Virus record (IMG/VR): IMGVR_UViG_2565956710_000003
Span: 1 to 46,613 of that record
DNA length: 46,613 bases
Reading direction: 5' to 3' (one strand)
Source: a virus
Lineage: Duplodnaviria > Heunggongvirae > Uroviricota > Caudoviricetes
This document shows positions 23,703-34,693 of this stretch, in pieces. The notes below the pieces were generated by a model. That model was given only the letters and a program-made list of their open reading frames with translations. It was not told where the DNA came from and ran no database searches. The stretch's first letter is position 1, and each line of letters starts with the position of its first letter. The position numbers and the translations under genes are program-made.

Positions 23703-23998
23703 CCATTCCAAAGCCCATCTACGGGTGGGCTTGATAATGAAACCGGAGTTAATTTCTGGTCACCAATTAACGGCAGTACCACGTAGCAACCCAAGCCAGT
23801 AAGTGGGGGAAATAACACTGGCAGCCACTGAAAGATGAACATCCTGCCTTATGGCAAAAAAGATTCTTTGTGGTGGCGGACTGATGGAAAGACATCGGTT
23901 ATTGCAGAGACCATTCAATGAGTGGTCTCGACAATGGCTTATACCCTGCACGGGATAACTTAACTGATATCCCTTTTAACGGATAAACGGAGCCAACA

Positions 23999-24241
23999 AT
24001 GGCAGAGATTATTCCCATGACTGAAGAACAGAAATTCCAGTTAGAGATTTACAAACTGGTCATGAACCAGAACGCAGCCGCAGAGGAAGCATTTCAATTC
24101 ATTGGTACTGACGAACTGAAGCTTGAGCTATTCAAAATTCACTTCCAGTCAGGCGGCGCTAATTCAGATATCACGACCCGCACTATCGAAGCGGTGCGTA
24201 AATCGAAGGAAGCGTTAGACCTGTTCACTACCGGAGCATAA
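23999..24241 (+). CDS. Small hypothetical protein upstream of terS
   Basis: 80-aa ORF in the late operon orientation. Confidence 0.4.
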   Translation: MAEIIPMTEEQKFQLEIYKLVMNQNAAAEEAFQFIGTDELKLELFKIHFQSGGANSDITTRTIEAVRKSKEALDLFTTGA

Positions 24242-24320
24242 ACATGGCAACTCAAGGTTTCGACAACCCATCCAAATTCCGCGATGAATGGGATAAGCAA
24301 GCAGAAGGGAAATAATCAAT

Positions 24321-24746
24321 ATGGCGACTGAGAAAAAGAATGTCGGTCGCCCTTCGGATTACCTGCCGGAGGTGGCTGATGATATCTGTGCGCTGCTTGC
24401 CTCCGGGGAAAGTCTGGTTAAGGTTTGCAAGCGCCCCGGCATGCCAGCAAAGGCTACTGTATTTCGCTGGCTGTCAGAGCATGACGAATTTAGAGACAAG
24501 TACGCGAAGGCAACTGAGGCGCGAGCTGATTCTATTTTCGAAGAGATATTCGAAATTGCTGACACTGCGATTCCAGATGCTGCTGAGGTGGCAAAGGCAA
24601 GACTTCGCGTTGATACCCGCAAATGGGCGCTGGCCAGAATGAATCCCCGTAAGTATGGCGACAAGGTAACTAACGAGCTTGTCGGTAAAGACGGCGGTGC
24701 AATCCAGATTGAAACATCACCGATGAGTACTCTATTCGGAAAATGA
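24321..24746 (+). CDS. Terminase small subunit (P22/Sf6-type)
   Basis: 141-aa ORF immediately upstream of, and overlapping, the large terminase. Confidence 0.7.
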   Translation: MATEKKNVGRPSDYLPEVADDICALLASGESLVKVCKRPGMPAKATVFRWLSEHDEFRDKYAKATEARADSIFEEIFEIADTAIPDAAEVAKARLRVDTRKWALARMNPRKYGDKVTNELVGKDGGAIQIETSPMSTLFGK

Positions 24747-26155
24747 CCTCGATTAATCCTATCTTTGAACCGTTCATTGAGGCGCATCGCTACAAAGTCG
24801 CCAAAGGCGGTCGAGGTAGCGGTAAGTCATGGGCAATTGCGAGGCTGCTTGTTGAAGCGGCGCGCCGGCAGCCTGTGCGTATTCTCTGCGCTCGTGAACT
24901 GCAAAACAGTATCAGCGATTCGGTAATCCGGTTGCTTGAAGACACCATAGAGCGGGAAGGGTATTCGGCTGAGTTTGAAATTCAGCGTTCAATGATTCGT
25001 CATCTCGGAACGAATGCTGAATTCATGTTCTACGGCATAAAAAACAACCCGACGAAGATTAAATCGCTCGAAGGTATTGATATCTGCTGGGTGGAGGAAG
25101 CGGAAGCGGTAACGAAGGAATCATGGGATATCCTGATACCAACCATCCGCAAGCCGTTTTCCGAAATATGGGTGAGTTTCAACCCTAAGAACATCCTCGA
25201 CGATACCTATCAGCGATTCGTTGTAAATCCTCCCGATGATATTTGCCTGCTGACGGTGAACTACACCGACAATCCGCACTTTCCTGAAGTTCTCCGTCTG
25301 GAGATGGAAGAGTGTAAACGCAGAAATCCGACACTGTATCGTCACATCTGGCTTGGTGAGCCAGTAAGCGCAAGTGATATGGCAATCATCAAACGTGAAT
25401 GGCTTGAAGCCGCAACCGATGCGCACAAGAAACTCGGATGGAAAGCGAAAGGCGCTGTTGTCTCTGCGCATGATCCATCAGATACAGGGCCAGATGCTAA
25501 AGGTTATGCATCGCGTCACGGTTCGGTAGTTAAGCGCATTGCCGAAGGTCTGCTGATGGACATCAACGAGGGGGCTGACTGGGCTACTTCGCAGGCGATT
25601 GAAGACGGTGCTGACCACTACTTGTGGGATGGTGATGGTGTCGGTGCAGGGCTACGCAGACAGACAACGGAAGCGTTCTCCGGTAAGAAAATCACCGCCA
25701 CGATGTTCAAGGGCAGCGAATCGCCATTCGATGAAGATGCACCATATCAGGCCGGAGCATGGGCTGATGAAGTCGTGCAGGGCGACAACGTTCGCACTAT
25801 TGGCGATGTGTTCCGCAATAAGCGAGCGCAATTTTATTACGCGCTGGCTGACAGGCTGTATCTGACATATCGGGCGGTTGTCCACGGTGAGTATGCAGAC
25901 CCCGACGACATGCTGAGTTTCGACAAAGAAGCGATAGGCGAGAAGATGCTGGAGAAGCTGTTTGCAGAACTGACGCAGATTCAGCGCAAATTCAATAACA
26001 ACGGGAAGCTGGAGCTAATGACTAAGGTCGAAATGAAGCAGAAGCTCGGTATTCCATCTCCTAACCTGGCTGATGCGCTGATGATGTGTATGCATTGCCC
26101 GGCATTGGTCCGCGAAGAAACAGAAATATACGTTCCCTCATCCTCCGGTTGGTAA
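24743..26155 (+). CDS. Terminase large subunit
   Basis: 470-aa ORF with Walker A AKGGRGSGKSWA and a C-terminal nuclease-type domain. Confidence 0.9.
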   Translation: MTSINPIFEPFIEAHRYKVAKGGRGSGKSWAIARLLVEAARRQPVRILCARELQNSISDSVIRLLEDTIEREGYSAEFEIQRSMIRHLGTNAEFMFYGIKNNPTKIKSLEGIDICWVEEAEAVTKESWDILIPTIRKPFSEIWVSFNPKNILDDTYQRFVVNPPDDICLLTVNYTDNPHFPEVLRLEMEECKRRNPTLYRHIWLGEPVSASDMAIIKREWLEAATDAHKKLGWKAKGAVVSAHDPSDTGPDAKGYASRHGSVVKRIAEGLLMDINEGADWATSQAIEDGADHYLWDGDGVGAGLRRQTTEAFSGKKITATMFKGSESPFDEDAPYQAGAWADEVVQGDNVRTIGDVFRNKRAQFYYALADRLYLTYRAVVHGEYADPDDMLSFDKEAIGEKMLEKLFAELTQIQRKFNNNGKLELMTKVEMKQKLGIPSPNLADALMMCMHCPALVREETEIYVPSSSGW

Positions 26156-26157
26156 AC

Positions 26158-28284
26158 ATGGCAGAGACATTAGAGAAAAAACATGAGCGGATCATGCTCA
26201 GGTTTGACCGCGCCTATTCTCCACAGCAGGAAGTGCGCGAAAAGTGCATTGAAGCTACGAGGTTTGTTCGTGTCCCCGGAGGTCAATGGGAAGGAGCAAC
26301 GGCGGCTGGGACTAAGCTTGATGAGCAGTTCGAGAAGTATCCTAAGTTTGAAATCAATAAGGTGGCAACTGAACTTAACCGCATCATTGCAGAATACCGC
26401 AATAACAGAATCACCGTTAAGTTTCGTCCTGGTGACAGAGAGGCAAGCGAAGAGTTAGCCAATAAATTAAATGGTCTGTTCCGTGCTGACTACGAAGAAA
26501 CTGATGGCGGTGAGGCTTGCGATAATGCATTTGACGACGCTGCTACTGGTGGTTTCGGTTGCTTCCGTTTGACGTCGATGCTGGTCAATGAATACGACCC
26601 CATGGACGATCGTCAGCGTATTGCTATTGAACCAATATACGACCCGTCGCGCTCTGTGTGGTTTGACCCTGACGCTAAGAAGTACGACAAATCTGACGCG
26701 TTGTGGGCGTTCTGCATGTATTCGTTGTCACCTGAAAAATATGAGGCTGAATACGGAAAGAAACCTCCTGCTTCTCTGGATGTAACGTCTATGACCAGTT
26801 GGGAATATGACTGGTTTGATGCAGATGTTATTTACATAGCGAAGTATTACGAAGTTCGTAAAGAGTCTGTTGACGTTATCAGTTATCAACATCCAATCAC
26901 TGGAGAGATTGCAACATACGACAGTGATCAGGTTGAAGATATTGAAGATGAACTGGCAATAGCTGGATTTCATGAAGTGGCAAGGCGCTCAGTGAAGCGC
27001 CGTCGTGTGTATGTATCCGTAGTGGATGGTGATGGTTTCCTTGAGAAACCTCGACGTATTCCTGGTGAACATATCCCCCTCATCCCGGTTTATGGAAAAC
27101 GCTGGTTCATTGATGACATTGAGCGTGTCGAAGGGCACATTGCAAAAGCAATGGATCCACAGCGTTTGTACAACCTTCAGGTTTCAATGCTGGCTGATAC
27201 TGCAGCGCAAGACCCCGGTCAGATCCCTATAGTTGGCATGGAGCAAATTCGTGGACTTGAGAAGCACTGGGAGGCTCGCAACAAGAAACGTCCAGCGTTC
27301 TTGCCGTTGCGCGAAGTGAGAGATAAATCTGGCAACATTATCGCTGGAGCTACCCCAGCAGGATATACACAGCCTGCGGTTATGAATCAGGCATTGGCTG
27401 CATTACTACAGCAAACCAGCGCAGATATTCAGGAGGTTACAGGCGGCAGTCAGGCCATGCAGCAGATGCCAAGTAATATTGCTCAGGAAACGGTTAACAA
27501 CTTGATGAACAGAGCAGATATGGCTTCGTTTATCTATCTGGACAATATGGCGAAAAGTCTTAAACGCGCTGGTGAAGTATGGCTGTCAATGGCGCGTGAA
27601 GTGTACGGTTCAGAACGTGAAGTGCGCATCGTTAACGAAGATGGAAGTGATGATATCGCTGTCCTGAGCGCACAGGTTGTTGACAGGCAAACAGGGGCTG
27701 TTGTTGCGTTAAATGACCTTTCTGTCGGTCGATACGATGTGACGGTTGATGTTGGACCAAGCTACACAGCACGACGTGATGCAACGGTTTCTGTACTGAC
27801 AAATGTCCTTAGCTCTATGCTTCCAACAGACCCAATGCGCCCGGCAATTCAGGGTATTATTCTGGACAATATCGATGGCGAAGGCCTTGATGACTTCAAA
27901 GAGTACAACCGAAACCAACTGCTGATATCTGGTATTGCAAAACCACGCAATGAGAAAGAGCAGCAGATTGTTCAACAGGCGCAAATGGCAGCACAAAGCC
28001 TGCCAAATCCTGAAATGGTTCTCGCTCAGGCGCAAATGGTAGCAGCGCAGGCAGAAGCGCAAAAAGCAACTAACGAAACCGCTCAAACTCAAATCAAAGC
28101 ATTTACTGCCCAGCAGGATGCGATGGAGAGCCAGGCAAACACTGTCTATAAACTGGCTCAAGCCAGAAACATCGATGACAAAGCAGTGATGGAGGCAATA
28201 CGCCTTCTGAAAGATGTCGCCGAGTCACAACAACAGCAATTCCAGTCACCACCACAGTCACCGGCAGACTTAATGCCGAGTTAA
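26158..28284 (+). CDS. Portal protein (P22 gp1-like)
   Basis: 708-aa protein from MAETLEKKHERIMLRF; large size and position after terL; Gln-rich C-terminal region. Confidence 0.85.
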   Translation: MAETLEKKHERIMLRFDRAYSPQQEVREKCIEATRFVRVPGGQWEGATAAGTKLDEQFEKYPKFEINKVATELNRIIAEYRNNRITVKFRPGDREASEELANKLNGLFRADYEETDGGEACDNAFDDAATGGFGCFRLTSMLVNEYDPMDDRQRIAIEPIYDPSRSVWFDPDAKKYDKSDALWAFCMYSLSPEKYEAEYGKKPPASLDVTSMTSWEYDWFDADVIYIAKYYEVRKESVDVISYQHPITGEIATYDSDQVEDIEDELAIAGFHEVARRSVKRRRVYVSVVDGDGFLEKPRRIPGEHIPLIPVYGKRWFIDDIERVEGHIAKAMDPQRLYNLQVSMLADTAAQDPGQIPIVGMEQIRGLEKHWEARNKKRPAFLPLREVRDKSGNIIAGATPAGYTQPAVMNQALAALLQQTSADIQEVTGGSQAMQQMPSNIAQETVNNLMNRADMASFIYLDNMAKSLKRAGEVWLSMAREVYGSEREVRIVNEDGSDDIAVLSAQVVDRQTGAVVALNDLSVGRYDVTVDVGPSYTARRDATVSVLTNVLSSMLPTDPMRPAIQGIILDNIDGEGLDDFKEYNRNQLLISGIAKPRNEKEQQIVQQAQMAAQSLPNPEMVLAQAQMVAAQAEAQKATNETAQTQIKAFTAQQDAMESQANTVYKLAQARNIDDKAVMEAIRLLKDVAESQQQQFQSPPQSPADLMPS

Positions 28285-28297
28285 CCAGGAGTAATCA

Positions 28298-29182
28298 ATG
28301 GAAAACGAACTGATCATCGACGGTCAGGTTATTGACCTGTCTGAAACACAGGAAAATGCAGAAGAAACCATCATCCAAACAGAGTCACAGCCTGAGAATG
28401 AAAGCCAGGATGACAACGGAAAAGAGATGGCAACTGATCCTGAAAAAACCGAAGAGACACCAGAAGATTACGCCTTGCGTATTGGTGATGAAGAAATTCA
28501 GCTTAACGCTGACGATGATGATCACATTGACGGGCAACCTGCACCGCAATGGGTGAAAGATCTTCGCAAAGGCTTCAAAGAAACACAGAAAGAAAACCGT
28601 GAGTTGCGCCGCCAGCTTGAGGAAGCATTAGCCAAGCCTGCGGAACATCAGCAACCACAACCAGACGCTATTCCACCAAAACCGACTCTTGAGTCGTGTG
28701 ATTATGACGAACAGGCGTTTGAACAGGCATTGACTGATTGGCATGAGAAAAAAGGCCGTGTCGAACAGCAGCAGCAACAAAAAATACGTCAGCAACAGGA
28801 ATACCAACAGCGTTTCCAGCAAAGGGTAGAAGCGCATAAACAACGGGCAGCCAAACTTCCTGTGAAAGATTATCAGGAAATGGAGGCCATTGTTCTTAGT
28901 GAGCTACCACCAATTCAGCAGGAAATCATCATTCACTGTGCAGACGAAGGCTCTGAACTACTCGCCTATGGATTAGGTAAGAGCCAGCAATTACGCCAGC
29001 GTGTAGCCGCTGAGACAGATCCAATTCGCGCAGCATTCCTCTTGGGGCAGATTAGCAAACAGGTAAGCCTTGCTCCAAAACCAAAGAAAGCCATCAAGCC
29101 AGAGCCGGAAGTACGCGGTGGCGGTGCTGATGCGAAACAAGACGAATTCAACAAATTATGCCCCGGCGCAAAAATCGAATAA
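28298..29182 (+). CDS. Scaffolding protein
   Basis: 294-aa highly charged, Gln/Glu-rich helical protein between portal and coat (P22 gp8 position). Confidence 0.8.
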   Translation: MENELIIDGQVIDLSETQENAEETIIQTESQPENESQDDNGKEMATDPEKTEETPEDYALRIGDEEIQLNADDDDHIDGQPAPQWVKDLRKGFKETQKENRELRRQLEEALAKPAEHQQPQPDAIPPKPTLESCDYDEQAFEQALTDWHEKKGRVEQQQQQKIRQQQEYQQRFQQRVEAHKQRAAKLPVKDYQEMEAIVLSELPPIQQEIIIHCADEGSELLAYGLGKSQQLRQRVAAETDPIRAAFLLGQISKQVSLAPKPKKAIKPEPEVRGGGADAKQDEFNKLCPGAKIE

Positions 29183-29193
29183 GGAAAAGATAA

Positions 29194-30465
29194 ATGCCTA
29201 ACAATCTCGACAGTAACGTCAGTCAAATCGTTCTGAAAAAATTCCTTCCGGGTTTTATGTCAGATTTAGTTCTGGCGAAAACCGTAGACCGTCAGTTGCT
29301 GGCAGGTGAAATCAACTCCAGCACTGGCGATAGCGTTAGCTTTAAACGTCCGCATCAATTCTCATCCCTCCGTACTCCCACTGGTGATATTTCAGGGCAA
29401 AATAAAAACAACCTGATCTCAGGTAAAGCTACGGGGCGTGTAGGTAACTACATAACTGTTGCTGTTGAATATCAGCAACTGGAGGAAGCGATCAAGCTTA
29501 ACCAACTGGAGGAAATTCTCGCGCCGGTTCGCCAGCGAATCGTTACCGACCTTGAAACAGAGCTTGCTCACTTCATGATGAATAACGGTGCGTTGTCACT
29601 TGGTAGCCCCAATACTCCAATCACCAAATGGTCTGATGTTGCGCAGACGGCATCTTTCCTGAAAGACCTCGGCGTTAATGAAGGTGAAAACTATGCTGTA
29701 ATGGATCCATGGTCTGCACAGCGACTTGCTGATGCGCAGACTGGTTTGCACGCTTCAGATCAATTGGTTCGTACTGCATGGGAGAATGCGCAAATCCCAA
29801 CCAATTTTGGCGGCATTCGCGCACTGATGTCTAATGGGCTTGCCTCTCGTACGCAGGGGGCATTTGGCGGAACACTGACAGTCAAAACACAGCCAACTGT
29901 TACCTATAACGCAGTTAAAGACTCATACCAGTTCACTGTAACATTGACCGGAGCGACAACCAGCGTTACAGGTTTCCTGAAAGCTGGTGATCAGGTTAAA
30001 TTCACCAATACCTACTGGCTGCAACAGCAGACCAAACAGGCGTTGTATAACGGAGCCACACCAATTAGCTTCACTGCAACGGTTACTGCTGATGCTGATT
30101 CAGACGGCAGTGGCGATGTGACGGTTACGCTTTCTGGTGTTCCGATTTATGACACTACAAACCCGCAGTACAACTCTGTAAGTCGTCAGGTAGCGGCAGG
30201 CGATGCCGTATCTGTAGTAGGCACTGCTAGCCAGACAATGAAGCCAAACCTGTTCTATAACAAGTTCTTCTGTGGACTTGGCTCTATTCCACTGCCGAAA
30301 CTGCACAGTATTGATTCTGCTGTTGCAACATATGAAGGTTTCTCCATCCGCGTACATAAATACGCAGATGGCGATGCCAACGTGCAAAAAATGCGCTTCG
30401 ACTTACTGCCTGCATATGTGTGCTTTAACCCTCACATGGGCGGTCAGTTCTTCGGTAATCCGTAA
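29194..30465 (+). CDS. Major coat protein (Sf6/P22-type)
   Basis: 423-aa ORF following the scaffold gene, followed by a strong terminator. Confidence 0.85.
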   Translation: MPNNLDSNVSQIVLKKFLPGFMSDLVLAKTVDRQLLAGEINSSTGDSVSFKRPHQFSSLRTPTGDISGQNKNNLISGKATGRVGNYITVAVEYQQLEEAIKLNQLEEILAPVRQRIVTDLETELAHFMMNNGALSLGSPNTPITKWSDVAQTASFLKDLGVNEGENYAVMDPWSAQRLADAQTGLHASDQLVRTAWENAQIPTNFGGIRALMSNGLASRTQGAFGGTLTVKTQPTVTYNAVKDSYQFTVTLTGATTSVTGFLKAGDQVKFTNTYWLQQQTKQALYNGATPISFTATVTADADSDGSGDVTVTLSGVPIYDTTNPQYNSVSRQVAAGDAVSVVGTASQTMKPNLFYNKFFCGLGSIPLPKLHSIDSAVATYEGFSIRVHKYADGDANVQKMRFDLLPAYVCFNPHMGGQFFGNP

Positions 30466-30469
30466 TAAC

Positions 30470-30496
30470 AAGGGGCTTACGCCCCTTTTATGTTTT
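30470..30496 (+). terminator. Rho-independent terminator after the coat gene
   Basis: Hairpin AAGGGGC-TTAC-GCCCCTT followed by TTTATGTTTT. Confidence 0.75.
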
Positions 30497-30507
30497 AAGG
30501 AAACAAT

Positions 30508-30693
30508 ATGGATCGCATGAGTGTATTCCTTGCCGCAGATAACGAATCCGGGCATGTACAGGCCGTTATCGCAGAAAAAGACTTCCAGTTTTTCGAAAAG
30601 TTGGGCTTTGTTGCCTCAGTTGATGAATTGAAACCGACCAGTAAGCGAGGTCGTAAGGCGGCGGACAATGGCAACAGTACTGACAAAGGGTGA
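30508..30693 (+). CDS. Small hypothetical virion-module protein
   Basis: 61-aa ORF between the coat and gp4-like genes. Confidence 0.4.
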   Translation: MDRMSVFLAADNESGHVQAVIAEKDFQFFEKLGFVASVDELKPTSKRGRKAADNGNSTDKG

Positions 30694-31150
30694 GATCGTC
30701 ATTTTTGCGCTTCGTAAGTTTGCTATTGCTTCTAATGCATCGCTTACTGATGTTGAGCCGCAATCAATTGAAGATGGTGTAAATGATCTGGAAGATATGA
30801 TGTCCGAGTGGATGATTAACCCCGGCGACATTGGTTACGCTTTCGCAACTGGAGATGAGCAGCCATTACCAGATGATGAGTCAGGTCTTCCAAGAAAATA
30901 CAAACACGCAGTAGGCTATCAGTTATTGCTGAGAATGCTATCTGATTACAGCCTTGAACCAACTCCGCAAGTTCTCAGTAACGCCCAACGCTCATATGAT
31001 GCCTTGATGACCGACACTCTGGTTGTTCCTTCAATGCGACGACGTGGAGATTTTCCTGTAGGGCAGGGTAATAAATATGACGTGTTCACATCTGACCGAT
31101 ATTATCCAGGCGATCTCCCTCTGATTGATGGCGATATCCCAAACGCATAG
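30668..31150 (+). CDS. Head-completion / tail accessory protein (P22 gp4-like)
   Basis: 160-aa ORF; N-terminus ...ALRKFAIASNASLTDVEPQS resembles P22 gp4 (recalled). Confidence 0.7.
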   Translation: MATVLTKGEIVIFALRKFAIASNASLTDVEPQSIEDGVNDLEDMMSEWMINPGDIGYAFATGDEQPLPDDESGLPRKYKHAVGYQLLLRMLSDYSLEPTPQVLSNAQRSYDALMTDTLVVPSMRRRGDFPVGQGNKYDVFTSDRYYPGDLPLIDGDIPNA

Positions 31151-31158
31151 GTGAATAA

Positions 31159-32577
31159 ATGCCTATTCAGCAACTTCCGCTTATGAAAGGTGTCGGCAAA
31201 GACTTTCGAAACGCCGACTATATCGACTATCTGCCAGTGAATATGCTGGCTACGCCCAAAGAAATACTCAACAGCAGCGGATATATTCGCTCATTCCCGG
31301 GCATTGCCAAACGCTCTGATGTGAACGGTGTATCGCGAGGCGTCGAGTACAACATGGCGCAGAGTGCTGTGTATCGCGTGTGTGGTGGGAAGCTGTACAA
31401 AGGAGAAAGTGAAGTCGGTGATGTTGCCGGAAGTGGTCGAGTATCAATGGCTCATGGTCGGACATCACAGGCGGTAGGTGTTAATGGTCAACTGGTCGAG
31501 TATCGCTATGATGGCACGGTTAAAACCGTCTCAAACTGGCCTACAGACAGTGGATTCACGCAGTATGAGTTAGGTTCGGTACGCGACATTACACGCTTAC
31601 GTGGCCGTTATGCGTGGTCAAAAGACGGTACTGATTCATGGTTTATCACTGACCTTGAAGACGAATCGCATCCTGACCGTTACAGCGCACAATATCGCGC
31701 AGAATCGCAGCCGGACGGTATCCTCGGCATCGGAACATGGCGAGACTTCATCGTCTGCTTTGGTTCATCGACGATTGAATATTTCTCCCTGACTGGTGCA
31801 ACCACCGTTGGTGCAGCTTTGTATGTCGCACAGCCATCACTGATGGTGCAGAAAGGCATCGCCGGGACTTACTGCAAAACGCCATTCGCTAATTCTTATG
31901 CGTTCATCAGCAATCCGGCAACAGGTGCGCCGTCTGTGTATATCATCGGCTCCGGTCAGGTGTCACCAATCGCCAGCGCGAGCATTGAGAAAATTCTCCG
32001 CTCCTACACTGCTGATGAACTGGCTGATGGCGTGATGGAATCGTTACGGTTTGATGCTCATGAGTTGCTGATTATTCACCTGCCGCGCCACGTCCTTGTG
32101 TACGACGCATCTTCAAGCGCCAATGGTCCGCAATGGTGTGTGCTGAAAACAGGCCTGTATGACGATGTGTACCGCGCTATCGACTTCATTTACGAAGGCA
32201 ATCAGATAACGTGCGGCGATAAGCTGGAATCGGTGACCGGGAAATTGCAGTTCGATATCAGCAGTCAGTATGGTCTTCAACAGGAACACTTGCTGTTTAC
32301 TCCACTGTTCAAAGCGGATAACGCCAGATGCTTCGACCTTGAGGTTGAATCGTCAACTGGCGTTGCGCAGTACGCTGACCGCCTGTTCCTCTCTGCTACC
32401 ACTGACGGCATAAATTACGGGCGTGAGCAGATGATTGAGCAGAATGAACCGTTCGTTTACGACAAGCGCGTTTTGTGGAAGCGAGTAGGGCGCATCAGGA
32501 AAAATGTCGGTTTCAAATTGCGCGTTATCACGAAGTCACCTGTCACTCTGTCTGGCTGCCAGATAAGGATTGAGTAA
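31159..32577 (+). CDS. Tail accessory protein (P22 gp10-like)
   Basis: 472-aa ORF in the gp10 position and of gp10 size. Confidence 0.7.
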   Translation: MPIQQLPLMKGVGKDFRNADYIDYLPVNMLATPKEILNSSGYIRSFPGIAKRSDVNGVSRGVEYNMAQSAVYRVCGGKLYKGESEVGDVAGSGRVSMAHGRTSQAVGVNGQLVEYRYDGTVKTVSNWPTDSGFTQYELGSVRDITRLRGRYAWSKDGTDSWFITDLEDESHPDRYSAQYRAESQPDGILGIGTWRDFIVCFGSSTIEYFSLTGATTVGAALYVAQPSLMVQKGIAGTYCKTPFANSYAFISNPATGAPSVYIIGSGQVSPIASASIEKILRSYTADELADGVMESLRFDAHELLIIHLPRHVLVYDASSSANGPQWCVLKTGLYDDVYRAIDFIYEGNQITCGDKLESVTGKLQFDISSQYGLQQEHLLFTPLFKADNARCFDLEVESSTGVAQYADRLFLSATTDGINYGREQMIEQNEPFVYDKRVLWKRVGRIRKNVGFKLRVITKSPVTLSGCQIRIE

Positions 32578-33530
32578 TGGCTGATTCGAATCTCAATGAG
32601 CCGGTAATCATTCAGGCTACGCGGCTCGATACATCAGTCCTTCCGCGTAATATCTTCTCGCAGTCGTATCTGCTTTACGTTATCGCACAGGGCACTGATG
32701 TTGGTAACGTGGCTAACAAGGCCAACGAAGCAGGGAAGGGGGCTTATGATGCACAGGTGAAGAATGATGAGCAGGATGTCACCCTTGCAGACCATGAATC
32801 CAGAATTGAAGCTGCTGAAGCAACTCTCATCAATCATGAACATAGAATTGCAGCAGCGGAAAGCACTCTTGCAGATCATGAAACAAGGATTACGGCTGCT
32901 GAAACAGAGCTGGCTGATCACGAGACGCGAATTGCTGCCAATGAATCTGAGTTAGCAAACCATGATGCGCGCATAACTCAGAATACAACCGATATCGACG
33001 CACTTGATACCAGGCTCACAGCGGCAGAAGGAAGTATTTCGACGCTACAAAGCACAGTTGGTGATCACTCAACAAGAATATCTGCGCTTGAGTATGCCAC
33101 CACGCGCAAGAAATCAGAGGTTGTTTACTCAGGAGTATCGGTAACAATTCCGACAGCGCCGACCAACCTTGTTAGCCTGCTGAAAACGCTCACGCCGTCA
33201 TCCGGCACGTTGGCACCATTCTTCGACACCGTTAACAACAAGATGGTTGTGTTCAACGAGAACAAAACCCTGTTCTTCAAGCTGTCGATTGTCGGGACGT
33301 GGCCCAGCGGAACCTCCAACAGGTCAATGCAGCTAACATTTTCCGGTTCTGTACCTGACACACTGGTAAGCAGTCGTAACTCGGCGACAACAACCGACAA
33401 CATCCTGTTAGCTACGTTCTTCAGCGTGGATAAAGACGGCTTTCTTGCCACAAATGGCAGTACGTTAACCATTCAGTCAAATGGTGCGGCGTTTACTGCC
33501 ACAACTATCAAGATAATCGCGGAGCAGTAA
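32577..33530 (+). CDS. Tail needle (P22 gp26-like) with C-terminal knob domain
   Basis: 317-aa ORF with tandem heptad repeats (LADHETRI type) forming a trimeric coiled coil, plus a C-terminal globular extension. Confidence 0.75.
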   Translation: MADSNLNEPVIIQATRLDTSVLPRNIFSQSYLLYVIAQGTDVGNVANKANEAGKGAYDAQVKNDEQDVTLADHESRIEAAEATLINHEHRIAAAESTLADHETRITAAETELADHETRIAANESELANHDARITQNTTDIDALDTRLTAAEGSISTLQSTVGDHSTRISALEYATTRKKSEVVYSGVSVTIPTAPTNLVSLLKTLTPSSGTLAPFFDTVNNKMVVFNENKTLFFKLSIVGTWPSGTSNRSMQLTFSGSVPDTLVSSRNSATTTDNILLATFFSVDKDGFLATNGSTLTIQSNGAAFTATTIKIIAEQ

Positions 33531-33985
33531 TGATTCAGTTCAAACCAACGCGAAACATCGACCTGATCGAAGCAGTCGGAAATCACCCTGACATTATTGC
33601 CGGGAGCAACAACGGTGATGGATACGACTACAAACCTGATTGCCGTTACTTTGAGGTGAACGTGCACGGGCAGTTCGGCGGCATTGTTTACTATCAGGAG
33701 ATTCAGCCGCTGACATTCGATTGCCACGCCATGTACCTGCCAGAGGTTCGTGGATTCAGCAAGGAAATCGGGCTGGCGTTCTGGCGATACATTCTGACTA
33801 ACACCACCGTTCAGTGCGTCACATCGTTCGCTGCGCGCAAATTCCGCCACGGGCAGATGTACTGCGCAATGATTGGCCTTAAGCGTGTAGGAACCATCAA
33901 GAAATACTTCAAAGGCGTGGATGACGTGACTTTTTACAGCGCCACACGCGAAGAACTAATCGACTTCCTGAATCACGGGAGATAG
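33530..33985 (+). CDS. Virion assembly protein (P22 gp14-like position)
   Basis: 151-aa ORF between the needle and ejection-protein genes. Confidence 0.5.
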   Translation: MIQFKPTRNIDLIEAVGNHPDIIAGSNNGDGYDYKPDCRYFEVNVHGQFGGIVYYQEIQPLTFDCHAMYLPEVRGFSKEIGLAFWRYILTNTTVQCVTSFAARKFRHGQMYCAMIGLKRVGTIKKYFKGVDDVTFYSATREELIDFLNHGR

Positions 33986-33987
33986 CC

Positions 33988-34683
33988 ATGTTACATGCAT
34001 TTAAGCTGGGCAGAAAACTGCGCGGCGAGGAACCTTATTGCCCTGAAAAAGGCGGGAAAGGTGGCAGTTCTGATAAAAGCGCAAAGTATGCAGCAGAAGC
34101 TCAGAAGTATGCCGCAGACCTGCAAAATCAGCAGTTCAACACCATCATGAACAACCTGAAGCCGTTTACTCCTCTGGCTGATAAGTATGTCGGCAGCCTC
34201 GAGAACTTATCGTCTCTGGAAGGGCAAGGTCAGGCACTTAACCAGTATTACAACTCTCAGCAGTACAAAGATCTTGCTGGCCAGGCTCGCTATCAGAGTC
34301 TGGCGGCAGCGGAAGCAACAGGTGGATTGGGTTCCACTGCAACCGGTAATCAGTTAGCAACAATCGCACCAACGCTTGGTCAGCAATGGCTATCTGGTCA
34401 GATGAACAACTACCAGAATCTGGCAAATATTGGTCTTGGTGCGCTGCAAGGTCAGGCAAACGCCGGGCAGACATATGCCAACAACATGAGTCAGATTTCG
34501 CAGCAAAGTGCGGCTCTTGCAGCGGCAAATGCCAACAGACCATCAGCAATGCAATCTGCTATTGGCGGAGGTGCGTCTGGTGCTATTGCTGGGGCTGGAC
34601 TTGCGAAATTAATTGGTTCATCAACTCCGTGGGGGGCTGGTATCGGTGCTGGTATCGGTCTGCTTGGTTCACTGCTTTATTAA
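33988..34683 (+). CDS. Ejection protein (P22 gp7-like)
   Basis: 231-aa Gln/Ala/Gly-rich protein with a hydrophobic C-terminus; first of three ejection-protein genes by position. Confidence 0.6.
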   Translation: MLHAFKLGRKLRGEEPYCPEKGGKGGSSDKSAKYAAEAQKYAADLQNQQFNTIMNNLKPFTPLADKYVGSLENLSSLEGQGQALNQYYNSQQYKDLAGQARYQSLAAAEATGGLGSTATGNQLATIAPTLGQQWLSGQMNNYQNLANIGLGALQGQANAGQTYANNMSQISQQSAALAAANANRPSAMQSAIGGGASGAIAGAGLAKLIGSSTPWGAGIGAGIGLLGSLLY

Positions 34684-34693
34684 GGGGTAATCA

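Noticed and set aside
32790-32970. Apparent DNA tandem repeats in the tail-needle gene
   Set aside because: They encode the heptad-repeat coiled coil (ADHETRI-type) of the needle shaft; the periodicity is protein-coding, not a separate repeat element.
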